From positions 96,001 through 160,000 of the forward strand of contig CBDUPA010000008.1 of NCBI GenBank assembly GCA_965368975.1: 64,000 nucleotides of DNA, read 5' to 3'. A model generated the notes under the pieces. That model searched no databases. It was not told the origin of the DNA and was given only the letters and a program-made list of their open reading frames with translations. The stretch's first letter is position 1; each line of letters starts with the position of its first letter. A program made the position numbers and the translations under genes. Source of the DNA: an uncultured bacterium (lineage in GTDB: Bacteria > Acidobacteriota > Thermoanaerobaculia > Multivoradales > JAHZIX01). Shown here in pieces: positions 21,681 through 30,440 of the stretch.

Positions 21681-21765
21681 AGTGGTTGCGATCTTCGAGG
21701 CGATCGATTCATGCTAGTCCGAGGGCCTCGCGATCGCAACCGGGCAGCGAGCTGAGGTAGTTGCG

Positions 21766-23214
21766 TCACCGCATGGGCAGGAATCGACCGTAGATGTCAC
21801 GACTTCTTTCGAAAGCGATGAGGCAGCCAGTCTCGACGCAGGCAACCGAATGTCCGTCAGGATGTAGAGTGCCCGTGCCGATGGAGAAGGGGGGTCGAGC
21901 CCGTACAGCAGGAGTACCGAACGGCAGGATCTTGACCCAAAGGTGCCTTTCTTCCTCGACAATTTCTTCCCACACCACGACGATGCTGTCAGTCCCGTGC
22001 ATGGCAGTGGCGATGTTGCCCATGCCGCGGGATTCTGCCTGATGGCTGGCAAGGCGTATGATCGGCCCCATTTGCTCCTTGTCCCAGGACTTGACCAAGC
22101 TGTGCAGCGTGTCGACGGTGGATAGGAAGCGGCGGGGTCCGATCAGTCGAGCTTCTGTGACGCTGGGCTGATCTCCGCCCGGGTCTCGAGTCCAGGTGAC
22201 AAAGGTAAAGGGTGTACCGTGCACCGGAGTTGCGGCGGCAGCTAGGACGCCCCAAGTTCGCTCGAGTACCGGGGTTGGTTCGCTGGAGATCTGTCCTTCC
22301 GGAGATGTCACCTGGTAGAGATCGACACGTGGCGGCCAGAAAGTCAGTGCTTCGTCCGTCTCGACGCTGGTGACGATCACCTCGAACCGACTCTGCCGGT
22401 GATGGCTGCTATCTAAACCCACGCGATGCATCGCTCGCGGGAAGGCGCGGGATGCGTCACCGAAGTCGATCTCGGGTTCGTCTTCGATCTGTGGACCGCT
22501 CCGTGACCAGGTCACGAAGTTGCCGAATAGCAGCCACGGCCCGTCGACATTGCACTGCCATGGAAGGGCCGAATCGTTCTCCTGGTTGTACTTTCCGTCG
22601 TGTTCCCGCCAGAGAACCAGCCACTGGGCTTCGATGGGATCGAAGGCAACTGTGGCGTTCATGGCACCGCAGTCGGTGTTGGTCAGCCGCAGGGGTAGCC
22701 TGGAGGCCGTGATCGGTTTGCCGGTCGAAGCCACCGCGTTGAGGGCGACGTAGTCGTCCGGGCGGCTGTGGGGGGCACGATCTGCTGGCCATTTTTCGCT
22801 CTCGTCCCACAGCACTAGATAGTGCCCGAGGCCTGTGCCGTAGGCGGCGGTCACCAGGTCTACGGAATGGCTCCTTGTCTTGACTGAGTGGATCGTGTGG
22901 ATCTGCCCAACCTGTGGCTCTTCGCCGACCTCGGCGGCTGGAGTCACCTGGCGCGCGCGTACGCGGGCCTGATCTTGTGCTTCGGCCACGTGATCTTCGG
23001 TCCAGAGAACGAGCAGGCTGCCGTCATCTGGGTTCGCTGCGACCGAAGCGTTGATCTCTTCGGCGCTGCCCTCCGAAAGCAGGAAGTTCGAACTGAGGTG
23101 CGGCACTTCGACGACCGGTCGAGCGCGGCTTGGTGCGGGGGTGTTGGAACAGGCGGCTACCAGGATGCCAGCAAGGGCCAGACCCAGGATGCGTTGTGAT
23201 GGAGTGAATCTCAT
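21766..23214 (-). CDS. Putative lipoprotein, probably beta-propeller-like
   Basis: Lipobox ILVAA-C; recurring LVLWTE/LVLWDE/LVLWRE/FVTWT/VVVWEE strands; AAGGAGG RBS. Confidence 0.65.
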   Translation of the reverse strand: MRFTPSQRILGLALAGILVAACSNTPAPSRARPVVEVPHLSSNFLLSEGSAEEINASVAANPDDGSLLVLWTEDHVAEAQDQARVRARQVTPAAEVGEEPQVGQIHTIHSVKTRSHSVDLVTAAYGTGLGHYLVLWDESEKWPADRAPHSRPDDYVALNAVASTGKPITASRLPLRLTNTDCGAMNATVAFDPIEAQWLVLWREHDGKYNQENDSALPWQCNVDGPWLLFGNFVTWSRSGPQIEDEPEIDFGDASRAFPRAMHRVGLDSSHHRQSRFEVIVTSVETDEALTFWPPRVDLYQVTSPEGQISSEPTPVLERTWGVLAAAATPVHGTPFTFVTWTRDPGGDQPSVTEARLIGPRRFLSTVDTLHSLVKSWDKEQMGPIIRLASHQAESRGMGNIATAMHGTDSIVVVWEEIVEEERHLWVKILPFGTPAVRARPPFSIGTGTLHPDGHSVACVETGCLIAFERSRDIYGRFLPMR

Positions 23215-23344
23215 CGGTACCTCCTTGCCGTAGTCCGACTCTGTGTACTGATTCAGGCCCCCCGACTCTGTAACCTAATGGGTGCCCTGTTGCAGGATTC
23301 GGAGAGGTCGGGCACGGATTGTTGTTCATGTACCATGTTTCTGG

Positions 23345-23376
23345 AAAGAGAAAACGCCGGCAACACCTGCCGGCGT
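23345..23376 (-). terminator. Intrinsic terminator of the XRE operon
   Basis: Minus strand ACGCCGGCA-GGTGT-TGCCGGCGT followed by TTTCTCTTT. Confidence 0.75.
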
Positions 23377-23427
23377 GGGGGTATGCGCCGAGTCGCACAC
23401 CCGAAGAGATAGGAAACGTGAACAGCG

Positions 23428-23889
23428 TCAGTCGACGCCGGAGCTTTCCGCGGCCCGGTCGATGTCTTCCACGGTGCGTTCTACGGTCAGCGGGAATGTG
23501 CGTCCCGCCTGGGACCAATCGCCCTGGAGCGTTGCACCATCGGCGTGGAGACGCCCGTCGTACTCGGCGCCGATGGCGGTGATCTCGAAGACGATCGAGT
23601 TACCGATGATCTCCACCACGGTAACTGGGATCCCAGTCGCACCTTGGTCGGGACTGTCGAGGGTGGCTGTCAGGTTTCCGTCGTCGTCGGTCTGTACATG
23701 CAAGATCAGGCGCACCTGATGTTCTCCGACGATCAGTGGGCCTTGCCACTGGCCGACGAGAGCTTCGGGAGTCGGGGGCTGGTTTTCCGTGGTTGCAGCG
23801 GACGCTGGAGGTGCCAGGAGTAGGGGCAGCGCGAGCAGGAGCAGGAGAGGCAGCAGGATGATGCGAGCGACGAGAGATATCGTGTTCAT
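23428..23889 (-). CDS. Secreted hypothetical protein
   Basis: Signal peptide ending ASA; GQWQGPL...LTATLDSPDQGATGIPV; AAAGGA RBS. Confidence 0.7.
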   Translation of the reverse strand: MNTISLVARIILLPLLLLLALPLLLAPPASAATTENQPPTPEALVGQWQGPLIVGEHQVRLILHVQTDDDGNLTATLDSPDQGATGIPVTVVEIIGNSIVFEITAIGAEYDGRLHADGATLQGDWSQAGRTFPLTVERTVEDIDRAAESSGVD

Positions 23890-23916
23890 GGTCGGTTCCT
23901 TTCTGGGAGTGGATCA

Positions 23917-24141
23917 TCAGGAGTCGGAGGTGTCGCCCGTGGAGGTGGACGCAGAGTTGGAGAAGATCTCCTCGATCGGGTGACCGAAGACGTGGGCGAT
24001 CTTGAAGGCGAGCGGAAGGCTGGGGTCGTACTTCCCCTTCTCGATGGCGTTGACCGTCTGGCGCGAGACGTCGAGCCGGTCGGCAAGTTGGGCTTGCGTC
24101 CAGTCTCGTTCGGCGCGTAGGACCTTGAGTCGGTTCTTCAT
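23917..24141 (-). CDS. XRE-family HTH transcriptional regulator
   Basis: MKNRLKVLRAERDWTQAQLADRLDVSRQTVNAIEKGKYDPSLPLAFKIA; ATG 24141 overlaps the upstream stop (ATGA). Confidence 0.93.
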   Translation of the reverse strand: MKNRLKVLRAERDWTQAQLADRLDVSRQTVNAIEKGKYDPSLPLAFKIAHVFGHPIEEIFSNSASTSTGDTSDS

Positions 24142-24590
24142 GCGTAGTACTTCCGGCCGCGCCACTGGCCGATGGTGTAGGTGAACATCATCAGCAGCGC
24201 CACGGCCAGCAAGTCCATTTCGCTGAGGTAGCCGGAACGCTGGATGAGAAAGAGCGTCATCAGGCCCACGAGGCCGACGCCGTAGGCCAGTGCCAGAGCC
24301 TCGACTTCGATCTTGCGCCGCAATTCGTCGGTGTCTCGCAGGAAGCGGACATAGGCCATCAGGACGACGAGGCCGAGTATCGACGTGGCCATCGTCAGGC
24401 TCAAGGCGAGAGCCCCTGGCGCCAGGTAGTCGAAGCGGATCGCGGCGTTGACGCCCAACCAGGTGAGCATCCAGAGAAAGCTCCAGAGCTGGATGCGTCG
24501 CTGGTTCTGCCGGTCGCGGCCAGTGGCGTCGCTCGGAGTCCTAGAGGTTGAGATCTCCTGGGGGTCGGTACTAGAGGAGTGGGTCTGCAT
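24138..24590 (-). CDS. Small 4-TM membrane protein co-transcribed with XRE regulator
   Basis: Four hydrophobic segments, DELRRKIEVEALA between TM2 and TM3; AAGGAG RBS. Confidence 0.8.
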   Translation of the reverse strand: MQTHSSSTDPQEISTSRTPSDATGRDRQNQRRIQLWSFLWMLTWLGVNAAIRFDYLAPGALALSLTMATSILGLVVLMAYVRFLRDTDELRRKIEVEALALAYGVGLVGLMTLFLIQRSGYLSEMDLLAVALLMMFTYTIGQWRGRKYYA

Positions 24591-24674
24591 GTGAGGTCTC
24601 CTTGACTTTGAGTAATGCTCGCTTGACTCCGTGAAGAGTAGTGGGTGCTTGACTCAATGTCAAGCAAGCTTGTC
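24591..24674 (-). promoter_or_regulatory. Sigma70 promoter overlapped by four operator-like 16-mers
   Basis: Minus-strand TTGACA (24663-58), 17 nt, TACTCT (24640-35). GTnnnG-N4-CTTG(A/T)C copies at 24591, 24612, 24638 and 24659. Confidence 0.75.
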
Positions 24675-24811
24675 AATTAGCGGGTGCCGAACTCGGACTC
24701 AGGTCGGCAGTGTCAAGCTGATAGAGTCGGAAGGTACGCTAGCCCTGATCGTCTGCGCCGTTTTGACGGCCGCCCTACCACCTGCATCGATCTGTCGAGG
24801 GACACCACCAC

Positions 24812-25762
24812 ATGGCCAAGCCGCTCACCTACAACGCCACGATCATCAAGCGCATCGACTACACCGACAGCCTGACGACTTTCAAGATCGAACCGGATAC
24901 GCCGCTCGATGGCGATCCTCGGTTCGTCGCAGGGCAGTACATGGTGTTGGGGCTCAACAACGAGGCGAAGCCCGAGCTGGGTTCGGTGCGGCGGCCAATG
25001 TCGATTGCGTCGGCACCGGAGGAGGAGGGCCCCCTAGAGTTCTACATCCGCTACGTCAGTCACCCGGAGTCGGACAACCCGTTGACGCACCTACTTTGGC
25101 AGACGAAGGCCGGCGATCGCATCTTCCTGGGATCCAAGGTGACCGGGCACTTCACTCTGCAGCACACTGTCGGCGGCGATGATCCGCGCCTGAAGATACT
25201 GGTCGCGGCTGGCACTGGGCTGGCTCCCTTCACGTCGATGGCACGCAGTCACCTGCTGCGCGACCCGTCGGCGGATTTGAAGTCGTACGCCATCCTGCAC
25301 GGCGCGTCGTATCCGGCCGATCTCGGCTACAAAGAGGAGCTGGAAGGGCTGGCGAACGACAAGGGACTGCACTATCTGTGCACTGTCAGTCGCCCGAAAG
25401 AAGCAGCGGACTGGACGGGGGACACGGGCCGCGTCGAAGACTACTTCAAGGCCGAGCGCCTGGCAGGAACGGAAGCAGCGCTCGGGCTACCGCCGGGTGG
25501 CTTGATACCGCAGAATGCGCTGATCTACATCTGTGGCTTGCAGGGCACGATCGGCAAGACTGTCGAGCGCCTGATTGGACGCGGCTTCGTGCCCGAGAAC
25601 CGACGGCTACGCAAGGCGCTAGAAATCGACGAAGAGCTGGCGCCGAGTCTGTTCTTCGAGCAGTACGACACGACACCGGTGATCGACGTCAAAAACCCTG
25701 ATCTGCTGGGTGATCTCCGAGATCAGCTGGCGACCGCCCGTGCCCGCGGTTGGACGGCCTAG
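24812..25762 (+). CDS. Ferredoxin/flavodoxin--NADP+ reductase family protein
   Basis: FVAGQY, RRPMSIAS, VAAGTGLAPFTSM, DLGY, IYICG. Confidence 0.85.
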   Translation: MAKPLTYNATIIKRIDYTDSLTTFKIEPDTPLDGDPRFVAGQYMVLGLNNEAKPELGSVRRPMSIASAPEEEGPLEFYIRYVSHPESDNPLTHLLWQTKAGDRIFLGSKVTGHFTLQHTVGGDDPRLKILVAAGTGLAPFTSMARSHLLRDPSADLKSYAILHGASYPADLGYKEELEGLANDKGLHYLCTVSRPKEAADWTGDTGRVEDYFKAERLAGTEAALGLPPGGLIPQNALIYICGLQGTIGKTVERLIGRGFVPENRRLRKALEIDEELAPSLFFEQYDTTPVIDVKNPDLLGDLRDQLATARARGWTA

Positions 25763-25828
25763 TTGCGGACGGCCTAGTTGCGGAGGGTCTAGCGGCGGAA
25801 CAGCCTAGTTGCAGAAGGTCAGCTAGTC
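25752..25828. repeat. Degenerating 15-16-bp tandem repeat (about 5 copies) between convergent genes
   Basis: GGACGGCCTAGTTGC x2 exact, then GGAGGGTCTAGCGGC, GGAACAGCCTAGTTGC, AGAAGGTCAGCTAGTC. Confidence 0.85.
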
Positions 25829-26800
25829 GAAGAGCGAACCACCGTTGTGAGCGTACCAGTCGGTGATGATGTCCCAGATCTCTTGGGCGGTCTCGGCGAA
25901 GGTGAAGAGTTCGGCGTCTTCGGGTGAGATGACGCCCTCCATCACTAGGTGCTCGACATCGAACGCTCGCTGCCAGAACTCGCGCCCCACCAGCACGACC
26001 GGCAGTGGTTTGGTCTTGCGTGTCTGGATCAGGCACAGGGTCTCGAACAGCTCGTCGAAGGTACCGTAGCCACCGGGGAAGGCGACCAGGGCGCGGGCAC
26101 GGTGTAAGAAGTGCATCTTGCGCAGCGCGAAGTAGCGGAACTGGAAGCACAGCTCGGGCGTGATGTAGGGGTTCGGAAACTGCTCGTGGGGCAGTGTGAT
26201 GTTGAGACCGATGGACCGCGCACCGACATCGAAGGCGCCGCGGTTGGCGGCTTCCATGATGCCTGGTCCGCCGCCGGTGACCACCAGCAGGCGAGGGTCC
26301 TCGGGGCCGTCGCCGGCCTTGCCGACCAGGTGGCCAAACTCACGAGCGACGTCGTAGTAGCCGCTCTTCGCCAGTACTCGTTCGGCGATCTCGACGCGCA
26401 TGGCGCGATCGGCGTGCTCGGGGGTACCAGCCTCGGCGTCATCGAGCGCGGCCTGACACTCGGCCAGACGGCGGCGCGCGGCCTTGGGCTCGACGATGCG
26501 CGTGCCGCCAAAGACGACGATCGTGCTGTGCACGCCGTGCTCCTCGAGCAGCAGGCGGGGCTTGAGGTATTCGAGCTGCAGCCGCACCGCGCGCAGATCG
26601 TGGCGCTGCAGGAAGTCGACATCGTGGTCGGCGCGCACGTACGAGCTACTGTCCATCAGGGCTTGGAGTCGCTGCGGTGCCTGTGGGTCTTCCTCCGCGG
26701 GCTTGGGCTGGGCCGACGGTAGGGGTTCGCGCCGCTCTTCTTGGGGGTGGGGCAGGGGGTAGGCCCCGGTGGGCTTGTCGCAGGCGTCACTCATATTCAA
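25823..26800 (-). CDS. LOG-family nucleotide phosphoribohydrolase
   Basis: VVTGGGPGIMEAANRGA, FRYFALRKMHF, FPGGYGTFDELFE. Confidence 0.92.
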   Translation of the reverse strand: MNMSDACDKPTGAYPLPHPQEERREPLPSAQPKPAEEDPQAPQRLQALMDSSSYVRADHDVDFLQRHDLRAVRLQLEYLKPRLLLEEHGVHSTIVVFGGTRIVEPKAARRRLAECQAALDDAEAGTPEHADRAMRVEIAERVLAKSGYYDVAREFGHLVGKAGDGPEDPRLLVVTGGGPGIMEAANRGAFDVGARSIGLNITLPHEQFPNPYITPELCFQFRYFALRKMHFLHRARALVAFPGGYGTFDELFETLCLIQTRKTKPLPVVLVGREFWQRAFDVEHLVMEGVISPEDAELFTFAETAQEIWDIITDWYAHNGGSLFD

Positions 26801-26820
26801 TCGATCCTTCTGGCGTCGAG

Positions 26821-27291
26821 TCAGACTTCCAATTCGGCGTAGACGGGCATTTCGGGACTGGCCACGTGCTCGAAGATGAGCGACGTTTCGAGGTGCGAGA
26901 TGTCCGGCTGCGCGACCGCGACGGTCACTTCGCGCAGGTGGTGGGTATCGCGCACCGCCACGTGCAGTAGGAAGTCGGTGGCACCGGCGAGGTGGTAGAG
27001 GTGGAGCAGCTCCGGCAGTTTGGCCATGCGTTCCTGAAACGCGGCGACAGCCTTGTGCGCGTGATCGCGCAGGCGCACGGCAATCATCGCCTGCATTCCG
27101 ATGCCGAGCGCCGATGGAGCGACGCTGGCGTGGAAGCCGCGCAGGACGCCCTCGCTCTGCAGTCGGCGCACGCGTTCGAGGCAGGTCGACTGCGCAATCC
27201 CCACCCGTGCAGCCAGCTCTTTATTCGAGAGCCGAGCATTCTTCTGTAAGGCGCTGAGGATATCGCAATCGATCTCGTCGAGCGGTCGCAT
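26821..27291 (-). CDS. Lrp/AsnC-family transcriptional regulator
   Basis: LDEIDCDILSALQKNARLSNKELAARVG...ERVRRL; GGAGG RBS; divergent from an amino-acid exporter. Confidence 0.93.
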   Translation of the reverse strand: MRPLDEIDCDILSALQKNARLSNKELAARVGIAQSTCLERVRRLQSEGVLRGFHASVAPSALGIGMQAMIAVRLRDHAHKAVAAFQERMAKLPELLHLYHLAGATDFLLHVAVRDTHHLREVTVAVAQPDISHLETSLIFEHVASPEMPVYAELEV

Positions 27292-27358
27292 TCACTGCCT
27301 CCTCCGAAGGAAATTCGGAGTGTGTTCAAGGTCACCGGGAGAATTCTACAATATTCCC

Positions 27359-28708
27359 ATGTGGAGCGAAGATCTCCGTAGGGAGAGAAGTGTACCTGTT
27401 CAGCAGACCTCCTCGCCAGCGAGCCCGTCAGCGGGCCCGTTGATAGGCTTGGAAAGTACCTCGGGCTGGGCGAAAATTCCGCCGCGCGTGGAGCTGTTCA
27501 TGGAGACGATCGGGCGCGCGCTGCATCGCTTCGGCACTCCAGCACACCGACTCGAGGAAGCGCTGTCGACGGTGGTGCACCGGTTGGGGATCGAGGGAGG
27601 TTTCTTTTCCACGCCAACGGCGATCTTCGTTTCGCTGCGCGCCGGTGACGATCACGCGACGCGGCTCTACCGCATGGAACCGGGCGAGGTGAACCTGGAG
27701 AAGTTGGTGCAGCTCGACGAGCTGCTGGTCGAGGTCACGGAAGAGCGGCGCAGCTTGGCCGCCGCGACGACGCGGGCTCGTGCGGTGGTACGGGCACCGC
27801 TGCGTTACGGCGCGCGCGCTACCGCGCTGTCGTTCTCTTTGGTGGCGGCGACCGCCGCGTACTTTCTCGGCGGTGGTATCGCCGAGGTCTTGGCGGCGCT
27901 CGGTGTCGGTTTGCTGATCGGCCTGTTGGGTCTTTGGGTCGAGCGCGTGCCGGGTGGCGGCCGGATCTTCGAGGTGGTGGCCGCGACACTGGCGGCGCTG
28001 GTGTCGACCGCCGCCGCCGCGCTGCTCTATGGTCAGTCCGGTGTCCACCTCTCTAGCTTCGTGGTGGCTCTGGCCGGGTTGATCGTGCTCCTCCCTGGCT
28101 TTACTTTGACGGTGGCCATGACCGAGTTGGCGACGCGTCACCTGGTTTCCGGTGCCGCGCGCCTGGCGGGCGCGGTGCTGGTGTTCGTCATTTTGGGCTT
28201 CGGCGTAGCTCTCGGGACGCGCGTCGGGCAGAGTGTCTTCGGCACGGTGCCGTCGCTGCCGACGCTGCCCCTGGCCGCTGGTGGCAGCGGATGGTGGCTG
28301 GATCTCGTCATGGTGGCCGCGGCAGCGTTGGCCCTCACGACGCTCTTCCGCGCCCATCCGCGCGAAGTCGGCTGGATCTTCCTGGCCGGCCTGCTGGCGG
28401 TCCACGGTGGCCGTGCCGGCGCTACGCTCCTCGGACCGGAGGTCGGTGCCTTCCTCGGGGCGCTGCTGGTGGGTGTAGGGAGCAATCTGCTGTCGCGCTT
28501 GCGCGGCAAGCCCGCAGTGATCACGCAGATGCCGGGATTGATGTTGCTGGTTCCGGGCAGCGTTGGCCTGCGCGGGGTAGCGGCCATGCTCGACCACGAC
28601 ACGCTGTCCGGCGTGCAAGCAGTCTTTGCCACGACACTGATCGCCAGTGCGCTGGTTGCTGGCCTGCTACTCGCGAACATACTGCTGCCGGCACGGCGTC
28701 CGCTCTAA
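27359..28708 (+). CDS. ThrE-family threonine/serine exporter
   Basis: GTPAHRLEE, FSTPT, VNLEKL, LLPGFTLT, LLVPG, about 10 TM. Start ATG 27359 has TACAAT 6 nt upstream. Confidence 0.88.
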   Translation: MWSEDLRRERSVPVQQTSSPASPSAGPLIGLESTSGWAKIPPRVELFMETIGRALHRFGTPAHRLEEALSTVVHRLGIEGGFFSTPTAIFVSLRAGDDHATRLYRMEPGEVNLEKLVQLDELLVEVTEERRSLAAATTRARAVVRAPLRYGARATALSFSLVAATAAYFLGGGIAEVLAALGVGLLIGLLGLWVERVPGGGRIFEVVAATLAALVSTAAAALLYGQSGVHLSSFVVALAGLIVLLPGFTLTVAMTELATRHLVSGAARLAGAVLVFVILGFGVALGTRVGQSVFGTVPSLPTLPLAAGGSGWWLDLVMVAAAALALTTLFRAHPREVGWIFLAGLLAVHGGRAGATLLGPEVGAFLGALLVGVGSNLLSRLRGKPAVITQMPGLMLLVPGSVGLRGVAAMLDHDTLSGVQAVFATTLIASALVAGLLLANILLPARRPL

Positions 28709-28852
28709 CCTCGCCGTTCGCCTGGGTCTCGTTTGGTGAGTGGCGAGTTCAGCTTGACCGTGTTCGCGCTTCTGTGACACCGTGGACGCGATAGAGACAT
28801 AGGCTCAACAGAGTCTGGAAGCTGAAGAAGTCGAAGTTGTTGACGTGCATGC

Positions 28853-29500
28853 ATGCCCGACACCTTCGCTCTGCCAACGCCTCCAAACCCTCTCGGGGAG
28901 CCGCACCTGATGAAACTCGTCCGCACCGCCGCCGACGTGACCGGCAACGAGGATCTCTTGACCGGCGAAGGACCGAGCCGCTTCGAGCGCTTGCTGCGCC
29001 TGGATTGTGCGCTATTGCTGAAGGTGCGCGGCTGGGAGCGCGATCCGCTCACCCGCCTGATGCGTGCCTGGACGCGGCTGGGAGATCCCGGCTACTCTCT
29101 GCTGCTGCCGGCGCTGTTCTTGCTGCTGTTTCAGGATGGTGCCCGCTACGCCACGTTGTTCGTGGTCGCCAGTGTCTGCGGTGTGCTGGTGTCGCAACTG
29201 GTCAAGCGCACGACCCGCCGGCGCCGGCCCTTGGAGGACCTGGGCGAGCAGGGCTTTGCCGCCTTGCTCGACGCGTCCGACGCCTTTTCGTTTCCTTCGG
29301 GCCATGCTTGCGCGGCCTTTGCCGCGGCGTTCGCGCTGCTCGGTGAGGGCACGATGCTGCTCAGCGGAGGATTGCTTTTCGTGGCTAGTGGCATCGCTGC
29401 TTCGCGCGTGTACTTGGGGGTGCACTATCCACTGGACGTAGTGGCGGGCATCACTCTCGGTGGCATGATCGGTGTGCTGGTGCGGTACTTCCTAGGCTAG
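28853..29500 (+). CDS. PAP2-family phosphatase
   Basis: KRTTRRRRP, SFPSGH, SRVYLGVHYPLDV. Confidence 0.9.
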   Translation: MPDTFALPTPPNPLGEPHLMKLVRTAADVTGNEDLLTGEGPSRFERLLRLDCALLLKVRGWERDPLTRLMRAWTRLGDPGYSLLLPALFLLLFQDGARYATLFVVASVCGVLVSQLVKRTTRRRRPLEDLGEQGFAALLDASDAFSFPSGHACAAFAAAFALLGEGTMLLSGGLLFVASGIAASRVYLGVHYPLDVVAGITLGGMIGVLVRYFLG

Positions 29501-29560
29501 GTTTGCTGGGGTGGATCCACGCTGGGACGGAACCGAGTTGACAAGCCGAAAGGAACCGAC

Positions 29561-30364
29561 ATGGACGAAGCGACGCCTGAAGTGACGCCAGCGGTGGTCA
29601 GCCAGCCCGGCCACCAGGAGTTGGCTGTCGATCACACGCCGGAGGCAATTCGCCGTCGGCTCGACCTCGGTCCGGCGCACAGTTACCTCAAAGACTTCAT
29701 CTACGGTGGCATCGACGGCGCGGTGACCACCTTCGCCGTGGTCTCCGGGGTCGCCGGGGCACAGTTGTCGAATCGCGTGGTGATCGTCCTCGGCCTGGCC
29801 AATCTGTTCGCCGACGGCTTCAGCATGGCGGTCAGCAACTTCCTCGGTACGCGCTCAGAGCAGCAGCTACTGCGCAAGGCCCGCCGCACCGAGGAGATGC
29901 ACATCGATACCTTCCCCGAAGGCGAGCGTGAAGAGGTGCGGCAGATCTTCGCCGCCAAGGGCTTCGATGGCGAGCACCTGGAGAAGACAGTGGAGGTGAT
30001 CACGGCGGACAAGCAGCGCTGGGTCGATACCATGCTGCAGGAAGAACTCGGGTTGCCGCTGGTCAGCCCTTCGCCGTGGAAAGCCGCCAGCGCTACCTTC
30101 CTGGCTTTCTTGGTGGTCGGTGCCATGCCGCTACTCGCCTTCCTGTTTCCGGCGCTGCTGCCTTCCGGTCTGGCCGACCCCTTCGTCTGGAGCGCCCTGT
30201 TGACCGGCGTCGCTTTCTGCATCGTCGGCGCGCTCAAGGCGCCGTTCGTCGAGGAGAAGTGGTGGTCCTCGGCGCTCGAAACGCTAGCGGTTGGCGGGTC
30301 GGCCGCGGCGCTGGCCTATCTGGTGGGCTGGTTGTTGCGCGATGTCGCCGGAGGCGTAGGCTGA
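29561..30364 (+). CDS. VIT1/CCC1 family Fe/Mn transporter
   Basis: [37 protein letters not shown]. Confidence 0.92.
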   Translation: MDEATPEVTPAVVSQPGHQELAVDHTPEAIRRRLDLGPAHSYLKDFIYGGIDGAVTTFAVVSGVAGAQLSNRVVIVLGLANLFADGFSMAVSNFLGTRSEQQLLRKARRTEEMHIDTFPEGEREEVRQIFAAKGFDGEHLEKTVEVITADKQRWVDTMLQEELGLPLVSPSPWKAASATFLAFLVVGAMPLLAFLFPALLPSGLADPFVWSALLTGVAFCIVGALKAPFVEEKWWSSALETLAVGGSAAALAYLVGWLLRDVAGGVG

Positions 30365-30440
30365 GGCCGCGGTGAGTTCGGCGAGGGGACTTTGCCCACC
30401 GGGCAAGGTTTTTGGCCACCGAAGCAGCTAGAATTGTCCG

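Noticed and set aside
16986-24674. Intact integrative element or prophage at tRNA-Arg
   Set aside because: No integrase, transposase or phage gene recognised, and I found no duplicate of the tRNA 3' end by eye; only composition and position suggest acquisition.
25752-25828. Repeat clusters here and at 60544-60597 as possible CRISPR arrays
   Set aside because: Units are 15-20 bp, directly adjacent with no spacers, and no cas genes are present.
26821-28708. Divergent Lrp regulator and ThrE exporter
   Set aside because: Common, well-understood arrangement.
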